DNA of 64,000 nucleotides from Octopus vulgaris (lineage: Eukaryota). The DNA is taken from contig OX597836.1 of NCBI GenBank assembly GCA_951406725.2, positions 5,828,001 through 5,892,000 of the forward strand. Direction: 5' to 3'. The notes below the pieces were generated by a model. The model did not search any database and was not told the origin of the DNA. It worked only from the letters and a program-made list of their open reading frames with translations. The position numbers and the translations under genes are program-made. Shown in pieces: positions 13,548 through 27,100 of this stretch; the first letter of the stretch is position 1; each line of letters starts with the position of its first letter.

Positions 13548-13968
13548 ATTATTTATAAGTATTATTATTATTATTATTTATTATTATTATTATTATTTAT
13601 TATTATCATTATTATCATTATTATTATTATTATTTACTTCTCGGGTGTTTGTTAGATAGAATGTTCTCGTACTTTCCGCTGTGTTCCTTCGGCTCATATG
13701 CTGTCTGTGTTGTTGAATTCGTTTTTCTTACGTGCAATAATGTACTTTAATAATCGGCGAGAACTTCTTTTAACTGATAAATCGATAGAGTTTTTGATTT
13801 GATGCGAGAATACGAAGATATTGCGAATGTAAAGTTAGCAACAGGCTGGGACGACTGGCTTTACACGATCGTCGTCGCTAGCACTGCGTGTGTGTGTGTG
13901 GCTGCGCGTGGTGTGTTTTACATTAAATACATACATGTGTGTTTGTGTCTGTATATATATATGCACTT

Positions 13969-14016
<48 letters not shown>

Positions 14017-14035
14017 AACACACACACAGACACAG

Positions 14036-14089
<54 letters not shown>

Positions 14090-14239
14090 GATATCTGGTA
14101 TTAGAATTTTTCTTCTGCCCTTATCTTGTAAATTATATATATATATATACGTACATATATATATACATACATAGAGAGAGAGAGAGGTGAGGTGATATAT
14201 ATATAAATATATGTATATATATACGTATATATATACATA

Positions 14240-14283
<44 letters not shown>

Positions 14284-14347
14284 GATATATACATAGATGT
14301 ACACACACAGAGAAGGAGATATGATATATATGTGTGTTGTGTGTTTG

Positions 14348-14417
<70 letters not shown>

Positions 14418-14424
14418 GAATGGA

Positions 14425-14475
<51 letters not shown>

Positions 14476-15484
14476 TGTGCCTGTGCAATATAATATATGG
14501 AGCATTTGAAAAGTAGGGCACTACTGTAAACCAACACCTTTATTAACAGTATATTACAGGCACCTCGTATATCGGCACCGATGGGCTATTTGGAAGGCTG
14601 ATGGTAAATTTTGAAAGAAATTAAAGAAAAACCAATAAATAAATAGATAGATATATATATATAAAATACATACACCTTTGAACTTGATATTTGTAAATGC
14701 ATCACTCCTTGCATTCCTTGTCTGTTAGTCTTTTTTTCATTTGCTGCACATTCCATTTTGACGAGCTGCAATTAATGATAAAGAGTGCAGTTTTGAAATT
14801 TGCACAATAAGTCGCCCTGCTGCATATGCTAATTCTGTACTCTTGCAGATGCTGCACATCTTGACATCGAAACAACGTATCGTACAGTGTGACAGTACGG
14901 CCATGTTGTACACTGTCCAATGTCATATACGGAGCTTTTGACTGGTAGCACTTGCATGTGCAAGTTGTTTGCAAGATATCTATGTATTCCTGGGTCTATG
15001 TATTCCTATATGCAGCGGACATTTTGGCAAGGAATTATTCATAGCGCAAATTAGATGTTACGTGTTGTAGTTCTTCTTCTTCTTCTCCTCCCCTACTTCT
15101 TCTTCGTATTCTTCTTCTCTTTCTTTTCTCTTCTTCTTCTTCTTCTTCTTCTTCTTCTTCTTCTTCTTCTTCTTCTTCTTCTTCTTCTTCTTCTTCCAAT
15201 CAGGACTCACGCCATTAGCCACAAAGAATAATCTTTAATTCGAGCCTTACTCTAAGCTACTAAGAATGCGTTTCGCAACTTGATGATCCACCCACCACAC
15301 GCGATAGACTGGCGGTTGCACGGTCGCGATAGCTACGTTGTTATCCTCATTCCATAAACGGTGGCTTTTAACGGGTGGAGAGTTGAACCATCGTTGGGTA
15401 TAGAGTGTTCGCAATCTAGACTGGGGTCTGAAAGTTTACCACACCATAGTCGGTTACACCATGGGTCCTCTGCTTTGTGGCAGA

Positions 15485-15676
15485 AGTAGGAAGAAAGAGT
15501 GAGAGAAAGTTGTGGTGAAAGAGTACAGCGGGATTCACCACCCTTCCCGCCGATGCCTCGTGGAGTTTAGGTGTTTTTTGCTCAATAAACACTCAGAATG
15601 CCCGGTCTGGGAATCGAAACCGTGTTGTTACTGCCGCAAGTCCGTTGCCCTAACCACTGGGCCATTGCGACTCCAC
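15485..15676 (-). mobile_element. SINE-D 5' part (tRNA-derived head)
   Basis: Minus strand GCAATGGCCCAGTGGTTAGGGC...GGTTTCGATTCCCAGACCGGGC, same head as 54148-54508. Confidence 0.75.
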
Positions 15677-15920
15677 GCGTGTCGTAGTTTCTCCACTCTC
15701 GTGTCTATTGTCCTTCTTTTGTTAGCAATAAATCATATAGAGTACAATGTAGTAGATTGAACGTGCTGTACTCTATCCCCTCTCACTTGTGTACTTGTGT
15801 GCTTGCGAGGATACTACACATTGCAATGATGAATTGCATCAGGGTCTGTGCTCCCTTCACATGTTGTACTCTCGCCACAGTCCACCCCACTTCTGTACGC
15901 CTGCTGGTGTCTGTGTAGCC

Positions 15921-16254
15921 CAGTGGTTCCCGACAAGGGTCCATATGGCCTTTGGGGGTCCACATAAGATTTTGTTGCTAAAATTTTATGTGCAATAAAG
16001 TAGTTATACTTCTGCAATACACAAAATATATAAAAATTATTTTTAGTCAATTCCTAATATTATTCAATTATCTCTTTACTCTTTAGTCGAGGAAATCGAC
16101 CCCAGGACTTATTCTTTGTAAGCCTAGTACTTATTCTATCGGGCTCTTTTGCCGAACCGCTACGTTACGTGGACGTAAATACACCAGCATCGGTTGTCAA
16201 GCGATGTTGGGGGGACAAACACAGACACAAAAACACACACACGTATATATATCT

Positions 16255-16328
<74 letters not shown>

Positions 16329-16589
16329 GACGGGCTTCTTTCAGTTTCCGTCTACCAAATCCACCCACAAGGCTTTCGTCGGCTCGAGGCTATAGTAGAA
16401 GACACTTTCCCAAGTTGTCTCGCAGTGGGACTGATCCCGGAACCATGTGGTTCGTAAGCAAGCTACTTACCTCACAGCCACTCCTAAAAATATAATACGA
16501 CTTTTTTAAACACCGAATGGCTATGAGGGCCCATCAGAAAAAATAGAAATCAAAGGGGTCCATAGGTCGGAAATGGCTGAAAACCACTA
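15921..16589 (+). mobile_element. hAT (Charlie-like) non-autonomous element interrupted by SINE-A
   Basis: Ends CAGTGGTTCCC / GAAAACCACTA; homologous to ~25400-25641 and, inverted, to 29064-29647; TSD not clear. Confidence 0.6.
16072..16485 (-). mobile_element. SINE-A copy nested in the hAT element, with expanded internal (TA)n
   Basis: Matches 10712-11111 except a deletion near the tail. Confidence 0.88.
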
Positions 16590-17205
16590 GACTCTAGCTC
16601 TATAAACGTTGTCCATAAACATTCACATTGTCTCGCCCCATTAACCTTGTCTCTAGACATTCATATTGTTTTGCTTGATTGATTTTCTTTGAGGATAAGC
16701 TTTTAGTTGCTAATGTAAAAATTAATAAAAGACAAAATTAATAAAAGACAAATTTAATACAAGACAAAATTAATGCAAGCTCGTTAATAGTAAATTAATA
16801 TAAAGGTTTTAATGTTTAACTGATATATGTTAATATGCCGTAATGAATTCAAGTCGGCTGATTGACAGACTCGTTAGTACGCCAGGCACAGTGCTTAGCG
16901 CTCTTTTGTCCACCATTATTTCTGAGTTCAAATTCCGCCACAGTCAGCATCGCTTTTCATCCTTTCAACGCTTATAAAATAAGCACCAGTTCCCCAAAAG
17001 CCCACTTCTCTAAAACTATTGGCCGTGAGCCAAAACAAGAAACCAATTTTATGTAATATATTTTACTACATGCAAAACTACTTTTCCCTCATTATTCACT
17101 GTCTTTCGTTGGCGGACAGATAAAAGGAGATACTGGGACGACACACTGCCAATTGGTATTTATAGATGTAAGAGGGGGAAAAACAGGTTGGAAAATTGGG
17201 TAAAT

Positions 17206-17618
17206 GTTAAAGGGGAGAAATACAGACAAAACTGTTAAAGCTGTCCTTGACAAAACTGCCAAACCTCTCCTTGGCAAAACTGTAAAACCTGTCCTTGACA
17301 AAATTGTCAAAACTGTCCTTGACAAAACGGTAAAACCTGTCCTTGACAAAACTGTCAAGGCTCTCCTTGATAAAACTGTCAAGGCTGTCCTTGACAAAAC
17401 TGTCAAACCTGTCCTTGGGAAAACTGTAAAATCTGTCCTTGACAAAACTGTCAAAAATGCCCTTGACAAAACGGTAAAACCTGTCCATGACAAAACTGCC
17501 AAGGCTGTCCTTGACAAAACTGTCAAAGCTGTCCTTGACAAAATGGCAAAACCTGTCCTTGACAAAACGGTAAAACCTGTCCTTGACAAAACTATCAAAC
17601 CTGTCTTTGACAAACTCC
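17206..17618 (+). repeat. 24-bp minisatellite array 1 (16 full units, consensus GACAAAACTGTCAAACCTGTCCTT) with a 19-bp leader
   Basis: Units from 17225, no indels; reads (DKTVKPVL)n; GGTAAAT at 17199-17205 and 17619-17625. Confidence 0.95.
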
Positions 17619-18784
17619 GGTAAATACTATACAGATTGTAGTTCTTTAGACTGGTTTAGTCATCGATGCCAAGATCATGATGTAGCAGTCCCACCTTCAT
17701 AGAGATCATCACACCTGGAGACTGGAATGCCTTTTTTTATATAGTTCTACACATATATATATATATAATGGCTTTACATGGACCAATAACTAGAGCAAAA
17801 CTATTCTGTATGGATTCAACATGGGAACCTCTACACGATCGCTTGAGCCATTGCTTAAAACGAATTCACCGAGAAACTCATTCTAAAAACGAATAATATA
17901 ATTCTTCCTCCCTCTCACACACTCTTTCTCTCTTTTCCCCTCTCACTTTCTCTCACCCTCTCTCTTCTCCTCTATCTCTCCCCCTTTCTCTCTTTCCTCT
18001 CATCTCTTTCTCTCTCACTCTCTCTTTCCCTCTCTTTCACCTCTCTCCCTCTCTTTCCCTCACGCTAATTTTCTACTCCATAAAAAAACCTTTGATCTTA
18101 TTAGGTTATCTTCCTTGGTTACAGTGTTACTCACCAAAATATTGCCTATTTAATGACAAGTAATACTAGAAACATGCTATAGCCACTCTCTGCAATAATA
18201 GAGAACGTTACACCAGTAATTAATAGTTAAACAGTACTAGTGTTATATATAATATATATTTATTCGAAGTACACATACGAGAGACTTGTTTTGATTTTAA
18301 TTCAATTTAATATTTCTATTTTCAAAACTAATATCCGCTTCATTAGTATTCATTAACCATGAAATCTGTAAAAAAATATATATCAAAAATACAATTATTA
18401 CAGGTATGAAACAGCAACCTATATTATCTACAGAGTCGTTTTGACGAAAAACACTGTAGTAAAAGAAAGCATTAAAAAAACACACGTGGCAATCATTGTT
18501 TATACGTAAATAGTTTTAGCGCTGAATCATACATGTCCATATTCACAGTATCTAATTTACAAGAACCCTAAATCTACACAGATATGTCAGAATTTCGAAG
18601 TGAAATATTGTCAATGATTGTAAATAATACTAAGGAAAGGCATGGAGCTCAGAGCAGCAATTGTTTCAATTCCAAATAATATAATTCTCATGGTTATGCA
18701 TGTTTGAAGCTAGTTTTAGTCACGCAAACACAGTGGAATGCACAGCACTTGTAAGAGCGGCAGGAATAGCTCAAGTCCCTTTGC

Positions 18785-18863
<79 letters not shown>

Positions 18864-19295
18864 CATACATATAAGCATGTGTGTGCACATGACGTCATGA
18901 AACGTTTGCAACAAAAAAGTGCGAAACACGAGTACATGGAACATGAACTAGTCTTTCGAACAACGAAAGACACAAATGGGAAACAAAACAAACATAAAGA
19001 GCGACCCTTCATCAGTTGTTGGCTGTTTCTCTACTCTCGTATTTCGAGCATTATATATATATATGTATGTATGAATGTATGTATGTATGTATGTATGTAT
19101 GTATGTATATATGTGTGTATAAATGTATATCGTTGCTATTATGTTAAACTATCGTATCTCCAGCTGATTCAGGGCCTAACATATCAAAAATTGTCAAAGT
19201 GTATTACCGCACTTTTGCTATGGAATGGTGAAACTATTTTCCCGTTTTCTGAAAAAGAAACGCTTTGGACTTACGACTCTTTTGCATAGGAACAA

Positions 19296-19351
<56 letters not shown>

Positions 19352-19515
19352 TTGTTATATATAAGCGCAGGTTTGGCTTTGTGGGAAGTACCTTGCTGAC
19401 CAAGCACATGGATCCGGGTTCAGTCCTATGGCGTAGCACCTTGGGCAAGTGTCGTCTACAAAGCCTTGTGAGTTGACTTGGTAGACGGAAATTGAAAGAA
19501 GCCCGTCGTATATAC

Positions 19516-19570
<55 letters not shown>

Positions 19571-19811
19571 CGTATAAGTATATAAACATATATATATATT
19601 TATTTATGTATATGTATATACATATGTATGTATAAGTATATATACTTTTATATATGAATATATGTATATATGTATATATGTGTGCGTGTGTGAGTATGAC
19701 ATGCTACAGAGAAAATTTTAACTTTCTGTTTCGACAGTTTGTGCACAGAGGTCAAAGGTCAAATGCCGTCCAACTGAGAGGCACACCCTTTCACATGTTT
19801 GCACGTGTTCA

Positions 19812-20209
19812 GTTAAAGGGGAGAAATACAGACGAAACTGTTAAAGCTGTCCTTGACAAAACTGCCAAACCTCTCCTTGACAAAACTGTAAAACCTGTCC
19901 TTGACAAAACTGTCAAAATTGTCCTTGACGAAACTGTAAAACCTGTGCTTGACAAAACTGCCAAACCTCTCCTTGACGATTCTGTAAAACCTGTCCTTGA
20001 CAAAACTGTCAAAACTGTCCTTGACAAAACTGTAAAACCCGTCCTTGACAAAACTGCCAAACCTCTCCTTGACAATTCTGTAAAACCTGTCCTTGACAAA
20101 ACTGTCAAAACTGTCCTTGACAAAACTGTAAATCCTGTCCTTGACAAAACTGCCAAACCTCTCCTTGACAATTCTGTAAATCCTGTCCTTGACAAAACTG
20201 TCAAACCTG
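19812..20209 (+). repeat. 24-bp minisatellite array 2 (15 full units) with the same leader and a 4-unit (96-bp) higher-order period
   Basis: Units from 19831; variant GACAAAACTGCCAAACCTCTCCTT at units 2, 6, 10, 14. Confidence 0.95.
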
Positions 20210-20274
20210 GTCAGCCCTCAGAGAACTCACAGGAATTGACTCATGGTAACTTGTGATATGGCTATTGTTCCACA

Positions 20275-20455
20275 ACAGAACACGTGCAAACTTGTGAAAG
20301 GGTGTGGCTCTCAGTTGGAGGATTGAAAAGGTATGTAAGAAGGGTTCCTACTGTGCCACCTGTTTCCTCTGCCAGACAGCACAGCTGTGCATTATGCAAT
20401 ACAATGTGCAAATATTTGGCGGAGCTCAAGAGTCATACAAGGGACTCACGTTGAC
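20275..20455 (+). pseudogene. Decayed tandem C2H2 zinc fingers, probably the C-terminus of an RTE-type LINE
   Basis: TCERVWLSVGGLKRYVRR...SCALCNTMCKYLAELKSHTRDSR*; RGQRS/CRP-like motif upstream at ~19748-19771. Confidence 0.4.
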
Positions 20456-20511
20456 TCAACAGCGATTCTTTCCAGCAATGGCTTCGCTCATAAACGAGAA
20501 AACAGCCAACA

Positions 20512-20559
<48 letters not shown>

Positions 20560-21075
20560 ACTACATGTGTGCTTTTTCTGTTTGTTCCAGTGTTGGTTTG
20601 TTTACGTCCCCGTAGCCTAGTGAGCCCGTAAAAGAGAACGATAATATAAATTATTGGCTTCGGCTCGTTCGACTGGAACCCTAGAAGGCGCTGCCTCAGC
20701 AGGGCCACAGTCGAATGCCTGAACCAAGTAAAATGTAACACATAAACCCTGTCTGGGGCCCAGGAAGGGTCGGTATTTTCCATGACCGAAGGTCTCCATG
20801 TTCGAAAACGTTGTGGGGTATGACTAGCGACCATTGATCCATTGCGACTGGGGTACTCAGCTCCAATTACTTCATCTGAAACAAGATTCAGGAACGGGGT
20901 AGAATATCTGGCAAAAGTATGTCTTACAAGACTGCTGAACCGATTTTATACTTTACATTCAAATACAGAACGTTCACTTGAGACAGATCTTACGCTACAA
21001 TATAAAACACACACGCGCACACGTTCACACACACACGCTCTTTACCTTTCATTATGACATTTTATCTATCTATCC

Positions 21076-21255
<180 letters not shown>

Positions 21256-21362
21256 CTGTTTATATATCAATTTATCGTTATATCTATCTTTCTTTCTATT
21301 CACCCGTGCTTACCTACAACAGTTCAGCCATATTCGTATCTCTGTATTTTTAATTTTCCCCC

Positions 21363-21409
<47 letters not shown>

Positions 21410-21670
21410 CATCTATCCATCTATCTATTTATATCTGTCTGTCTAGATATCTCTTTCTGTCTGTCTGTCTCTCTGTCCAGCATGTCTATACATCTGTCTG
21501 CTGTCAACCTGCCGGTCCGTCTATTTCCCTCAATGCCTGTATCTGCAGATTTGTTGGTCTCATTGTCCGTGTTTCTGCCTAAATCTATAACTCTATCTAT
21601 ATCTCGTTATCTTTACATACCTCTCTCTGTCCATCAATCAATCAATCTATCTATCTATCTATCTATCTAC

Positions 21671-21732
<62 letters not shown>

Positions 21733-21958
21733 GTCGATCTATCTATCTGTCTGTCGATCTGTCTGTCTGTCTGCCTGTATTTTTGTCTGTCTGTCTGATC
21801 ATTCAATCTCTTCGTGGACTTAAGCATCCTTCTATATGTTTATTTCTCCGTCCATCTATCCAGCTATCTATTTTCTCTATCGATTTTCCGTATCCTATTT
21901 TCTCTCTCCCTGTGTCTTTTTATCACTCTCTCTTCTATCCTTCTCTCTCTTCCTCTCT

Positions 21959-22000
<42 letters not shown>

Positions 22001-22350
22001 ATCTATTTGTCTGTCTATATATCTGTCTAATCACCCACTCCTTTCATGTAAATACGTATCCATCTATATTTCTATCTCACCGTCCGTTCTATTTCCTCTA
22101 TCTATCTACCCCTCACTCTCTCTCTCTCTCTGATTCTCTCACACATTTTCTCTCCCTCTCTCTCTATCTATCTATCTATCTATCTATCTACTACCTTTTC
22201 ATTCCGCCTTTCTACATCTCGGCATCTGTTCTTGTGTCGTCTCTCCTCTTCGGCTTCCATCTTACGAACTGCACCAACTGCACATGTAGATTCAGCAACT
22301 GCTGCTCTCGTTGCATTTCTTGTTCTTCTTGCTGTCATTCTCACTCTAGT

Positions 22351-22387
<37 letters not shown>

Positions 22388-22536
22388 ATAGCAGTAATAG
22401 CAGCGGCAACAGCTGTATAGTAGTAGCAGTAGTAATGGCGGTGATGGTGGTGGTGATGATGGTGGTGGTGGTGGTGATGATGGTGGTGGTGGTGGTAGTC
22501 GTCGTGGTCGTGGTGATGGTGGTGGTAGTGATTGTG

Positions 22537-22586
<50 letters not shown>

Positions 22587-23329
22587 TTGCTGTTACTAAG
22601 ATGCTTCTCTAAAACGGAGTGAAAAACGTTGCTGCTATTTAACCCCAGGTCGAATTCGAATGAGCAGATGCAGGATACAGCGATTTCCATTCAGCCATAG
22701 CTCACAAAACAATCGCAGCATCTTTTATAGAGCTTTGAGGAATGGTGTATCTAGGACTACCTTACACAATATGTTCTTCGTGCTTTTGCTTTTCTTAAGA
22801 ATAGTTGCCGGCTGGTTTTGGCTGCTATTTCTAGCCGTTAAAACGATCGCATATAGGTTTCCCTCCTCCACTCTTTGGCGCGTGTCTGCCTATGATCCTT
22901 GCTTCGAGTATACACTTTCGGGAATAGTGTATCTAGGACTACATTATACAATATGTTCTTCTTATCTTTGTCGTTTATAAGAGTAGTTGCCGGGTGGTTC
23001 GGCTGTTATTTCTAGCCAAGCATAGAGGCTTCCGTCGCTGACATATGTCACTAGTTATTGTTATTGGTGGTGGTGGCGGTGATGGTGATACTGGAGATAT
23101 CAATAATTTTGACGATGGTATGGACAGTAGTGGTTGTGGTAATGGAGGTAGTATAAGCAATAGTAACAGTGGTGTTAGATTCCTGGTGGTGGTGATGGTG
23201 GTGTGTCTACCGCTGCTGCTTCTGCTACTACTACTGTCGATGGTGTTGTATAACCCCAGGGCAGTTCTGATCCAGCAGATTTATGGTCAAATCCGTTCCA
23301 TTAGTGACCACTCTATATATTTATACAGA

Positions 23330-23554
23330 TTTCAAATTTTGGCACGAGGACGGCAATTTCGGGGGGCGGGGAGAGGTTAAGACGATTACATCGCCCCACA
23401 CCCCAATGCTCAACTGGTACTCATTTTATCGATCCCGTTCCGAGAGGATTAAAAGCAAATCGACTTCGTGGAACTTGAACTCAGAATGCAAAGACGGACC
23501 AAATGTCGCTAAGCATTTTGTCTGGCGTGCTACCGGCTCCGCCAGCTCGCCACC
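23330..23554 (-). mobile_element. SINE-B degenerate full-length copy
   Basis: CTGGTACTCATTTTATCGATCCCG...TTGAACTCAGAA...GCCAGCTCGC. Confidence 0.8.
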
Positions 23555-23828
23555 TTCATCTTGCGCTATATTATGTAATGTATTCACCCGGGTTGTATTT
23601 CAAGTAGGTATGGTGAGGGTATTGGCGGAAAATTTGCTGTTATTTCTAGCATGACCAGTGAGCATCTTGCACGATGGGGATGGTGTGGCGGTTGGATGAT
23701 GGTGGTGGATGATGGTGGTGGATGATGGTGGTGGATGATGGTGGGGTAATTTCAGGTTGTACAGTGAGCGGGGTAGTGGTGGTGGTGACGGTTGTTGTTT
23801 TTGATGCTGCTGCTGCTGCTATTGTTGC

Positions 23829-23873
<45 letters not shown>

Positions 23874-24236
23874 GGTGGTGGTGGTGGTGGTGGTGGTGGT
23901 GGTGGTGGTGGTGGTAGAGATGTCTTTAGCAGTTGCAATGGCAGCGGCAAGTGGCACGTTGTAGAGGGGATGCTTGTCGCGTATATAACGGGTACAAATA
24001 CGTTAATGAGGAGGGTGGAGGAGGGTGGAAATAGGAGGAGGTGGTGGAGAAGGTGGAGGAGGAGGACGACGACGACGACAACAAAGGCGACAACGATGGC
24101 TTCGATAATGCTGATGCTGTTGCTGATGATGACGGTGGTTGTGGTAAGAATGATAATGTTGATGATGATGGTGATGGTGATTGTGATAGTGGCGATAGTG
24201 ATGATCAGGATCATTTTGATCATAAAAAGATGCTGG

Positions 24237-24272
<36 letters not shown>

Positions 24273-24929
24273 TGGTAACACTACTATATTGTTATTATTG
24301 CTAATATGCCCTCATCCATAGCCTTTGAAGCAGATTATCTGCTGAACTATGGAGCTATGTCAAAACAGCCATTATCACGTATAGGACGGATTTGGCTCCT
24401 GCCTCCAGGCAATCCGGCGTGAGGATCTCACAACTGCTTTTCTGTAATAGGACATGGCAAGAAGATTTCCTCTACCTGTTGGCTCTTGGGAAAGAGGTTG
24501 CGTTGTACTCTAGAACAAGACGCAGGGGCTTCCATCTTCATTTAAGCCCTCGTCAACATTTTCAAGTTCCATTTGGAGAGAAAGTTAAGAGCAGAGAGGA
24601 AAGTTCTTTGATCCTGTGAATTTATAAAACCGTAGACGACTGTGACAAAAATGGCTGAAAGAATGAAAGAATGGATTGAAATTATACTAAGCATGCATCC
24701 ATTGGTTAGAAAAATCAGCAAAGCGAGTTCAACCTGGCCCTCGGTGGCCAAGGTGAACTTAGATCTGTTGGGTTTCCTGTTACCCCAATAGAAAAAGATC
24801 ATTCATTCGTATACAACGCAAAAATTTAATCTTATTCTTCCTTTTTTTAATTTCTGTTTCGTCCTCATCTAATTGTATGTAACTTCCACAACTAAATGTA
24901 ACCTAGCTTCATAATATCCCTTTTGTCAC

Positions 24930-25200
24930 AGAGTTAAACGATACCATTCTGATAAAAGGCTGTGGTGGGAGGTAAATATATACCTGGGCATGTCGGTAGG
25001 TTTATAGTTCGGCAATTGCAGAACTACTGATGACTTCCAGGATGCTATAGATTGGTAGTGCAACCAATTTAAACAACCCGTTCGAAACAAACTTGACAGG
25101 AACGGAAGTGACGTCAGGTAGGACTGTTTGAGATGCACAGCAGGGGAGGGATCAGTTCTTAACGAACATGTTCAGATTTCGTATTCTGTTAAGTTATGTC
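24930..25200 (-). pseudogene. Ancient APE-type LINE (CR1/Jockey-like) RT N-terminal remnant
   Basis: PAVHLKQ...LPFLSSLF...CL...SWKSSVVL.LP resembles the 'LK...L..LF..CL...P..WK...V.PIPK' block; heavily decayed; similar remnant possible at ~27120-27370. Confidence 0.35.
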
Positions 25201-25399
25201 GAACATACCTGTCGTTGAGTGTAAGACGAAATGGCTATAGGCTGTGACCACTGTGACTACGGCTCACTGCATTCTTTAATAAAGTTAAGCAGCCAGTTTT
25301 CTGCCTGGTAACTAGGTAGAAAGGGTTTTTTTAATGGGTGATACTGACAGGACTGATGACAGGTACTTCCAACTTTGGTGAAGTCCTAATCTATTTCTT

Positions 25400-25641
25400 T
25401 AGGTTCTAATTGAAGAAAGGGTTCTCATGCGTTCTCCATATGATCCTTGGGGATCCACATAAAATTACGTTGTTAAAACTGGTTAAAACTTCTTATTTTA
25501 TAGAATCCCTAATAATATTTAATTACAAAACTGTAATAGAATTTATTTGAACATTGAATTGCTATGAAAGTCCATCCGAATAAAATCGAATTCAAAGAGG
25601 TCCATTGGCCAAAAAATAAAAAATATGGTCGAGAGTCACTG
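25400..25641 (+). mobile_element. hAT-like MITE copy without a nested SINE
   Basis: TCCATATG..CCTTGGGGATCCACATAA...GGTCCAT...GAGAGTCACTG, colinear with 15921-16589. Confidence 0.55.
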
Positions 25642-26464
25642 GTATAAACAAAAGCAATCTTTCCTTTTGATTTTACCAAAGGCGTATGAGTGTGGCGAAA
25701 ACTAAGAGATCAGATGCAGCAACTCAAACATGCACGTTTAGGTCGGAAACAACAACAATTGGAACAATGTCCTCGCTCTTGGTTGTCAGAATTAAAATAG
25801 ACCTCTGGGCTTTCCTGACTTGTGTTATTTCGATGACTTTCATCATCAAGAAAACTGTACCATCCATGTGTTTATATATTATATATACTTCTTAACGTTT
25901 TATCTCTTTCGTTATATTTTCCCACATTTTATCTACCATTTCCTTGTATCACTTCCTTCAACTAACGACTCTGTTAGTAATATCAGAAATCCTCGTCATA
26001 ATATTTTCCTACCCCAAGATATCCTTTTCCTCTTACCTGGGGGTATAAAGATAGTGTGCCCCCATGAACATTTTCATATTGCATATTTGCTTAAACATTC
26101 GTTTCTTCATAATTCAAGATGGCTTCTTGTCGTTACTGTAGCGGTGAGAGAGATACGAATCTCAGAAAAGTTGCAGGGAATACACCCCCAAGAGAATATT
26201 TATAGAAACAACACAGAGTTAAAAAATAGGGAAAAAAAACAACGTAAACAGAAAACAAAGACAACACTAAAACAAACACAAATATTTGTACTTTACAAAA
26301 CACACTTTTATTACAGTTGCACAAAGCAAGGCCATAGCAAACACGGACTAATGCGCTGTGACAAATATATTTCACAATGAAGTCAATAATGATGGCTTTG
26401 CTAATGATGTGAGCCAGAGGCAAGTGTTGGAAATGGGTTTCCTTCAGCAAAAATAGACAAAACT

Positions 26465-27100
26465 AGTAAAAAGCTTGCTTGCCAACCACATGGTTCCAGG
26501 TTCAGTCCCACTGCGTTGCTACTTGGGCAAGTGTCTTTTGTATTATAACCACGAGCCGACCAAATAATTGTAAGTGGACTTGGTAGACGGAAACCGAAAG
26601 AAGCTCGTCATATATATATAATAGAAATATGTTACAAAAAGAAAATAGAAACTACACGTGGAAATGTAAGGGCAAAGTAAGAAGAAAAATAAGCGAAAAT
26701 GCACATTGGAAATCAAAAAATTGTAAAGGCTTTTTATGAAAAGTAGCGATAGATATATACAATTAGATGAACTGAGGTAGGTATAAAAGTAATAAAAGTT
26801 ATTATTGTGAATTGTTAGAGAGATTCAAAAGCATACCGGTTTTGTAAATTTACTAATCATTGCTTTGAATGGGGGGTGCATCTGTCTCTGTGCCTCTGTT
26901 TGTCACCCACTACCGCTTGACAACCAGTATTGGTGTGTTTATGTCACCGTAACTTAGCAGTTCAGCAAAAGAGACAGATAACATAAGCATCAGGTTTAAA
27001 TAAACAAAAGAAAAGGACTGGGGACGATTCGTTGGACTAAAATTCCTTAAGGCTATGCTACAGCATGGCCGCAGTCTAATGTCTGAAACAAGTACAAGAT
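26465..27100 (+). mobile_element. SINE-A split by a ~260-bp insert (~26612-26870) carrying a decayed minus-strand hammerhead motif
   Basis: 5' half to ~26608, 3' half from ~26880; minus strand 26863->26831 GCA-ATGATTA-GTAA(AT)TTAC-AAAAC-CG-GTA-TGC. Confidence 0.7.

Larger units (their letters stand above)
19365..20732 (+). mobile_element. Old SINE-A split into 5' (19365-19508) and 3' (20587-20732) halves by a ~0.8-kb insert
   Basis: Halves are colinear and degenerate; TA/TG microsatellite at both inner edges. Confidence 0.7.

Noticed and set aside
14510-15050. Cys-rich 90-aa ORF and pogo/Tigger-like end (GGGCACTACTGTA)
   Set aside because: No matching second TIR or recognisable domain
17225-20209. 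CRISPR-like appearance of the 24-bp repeats
   Set aside because: Units are contiguous with no unique spacers, no cas genes, eukaryotic context
25820-26380. 186-aa non-repetitive ORF
   Set aside because: No recognisable motif, non-ATG start, ends in an A-rich low-complexity stretch
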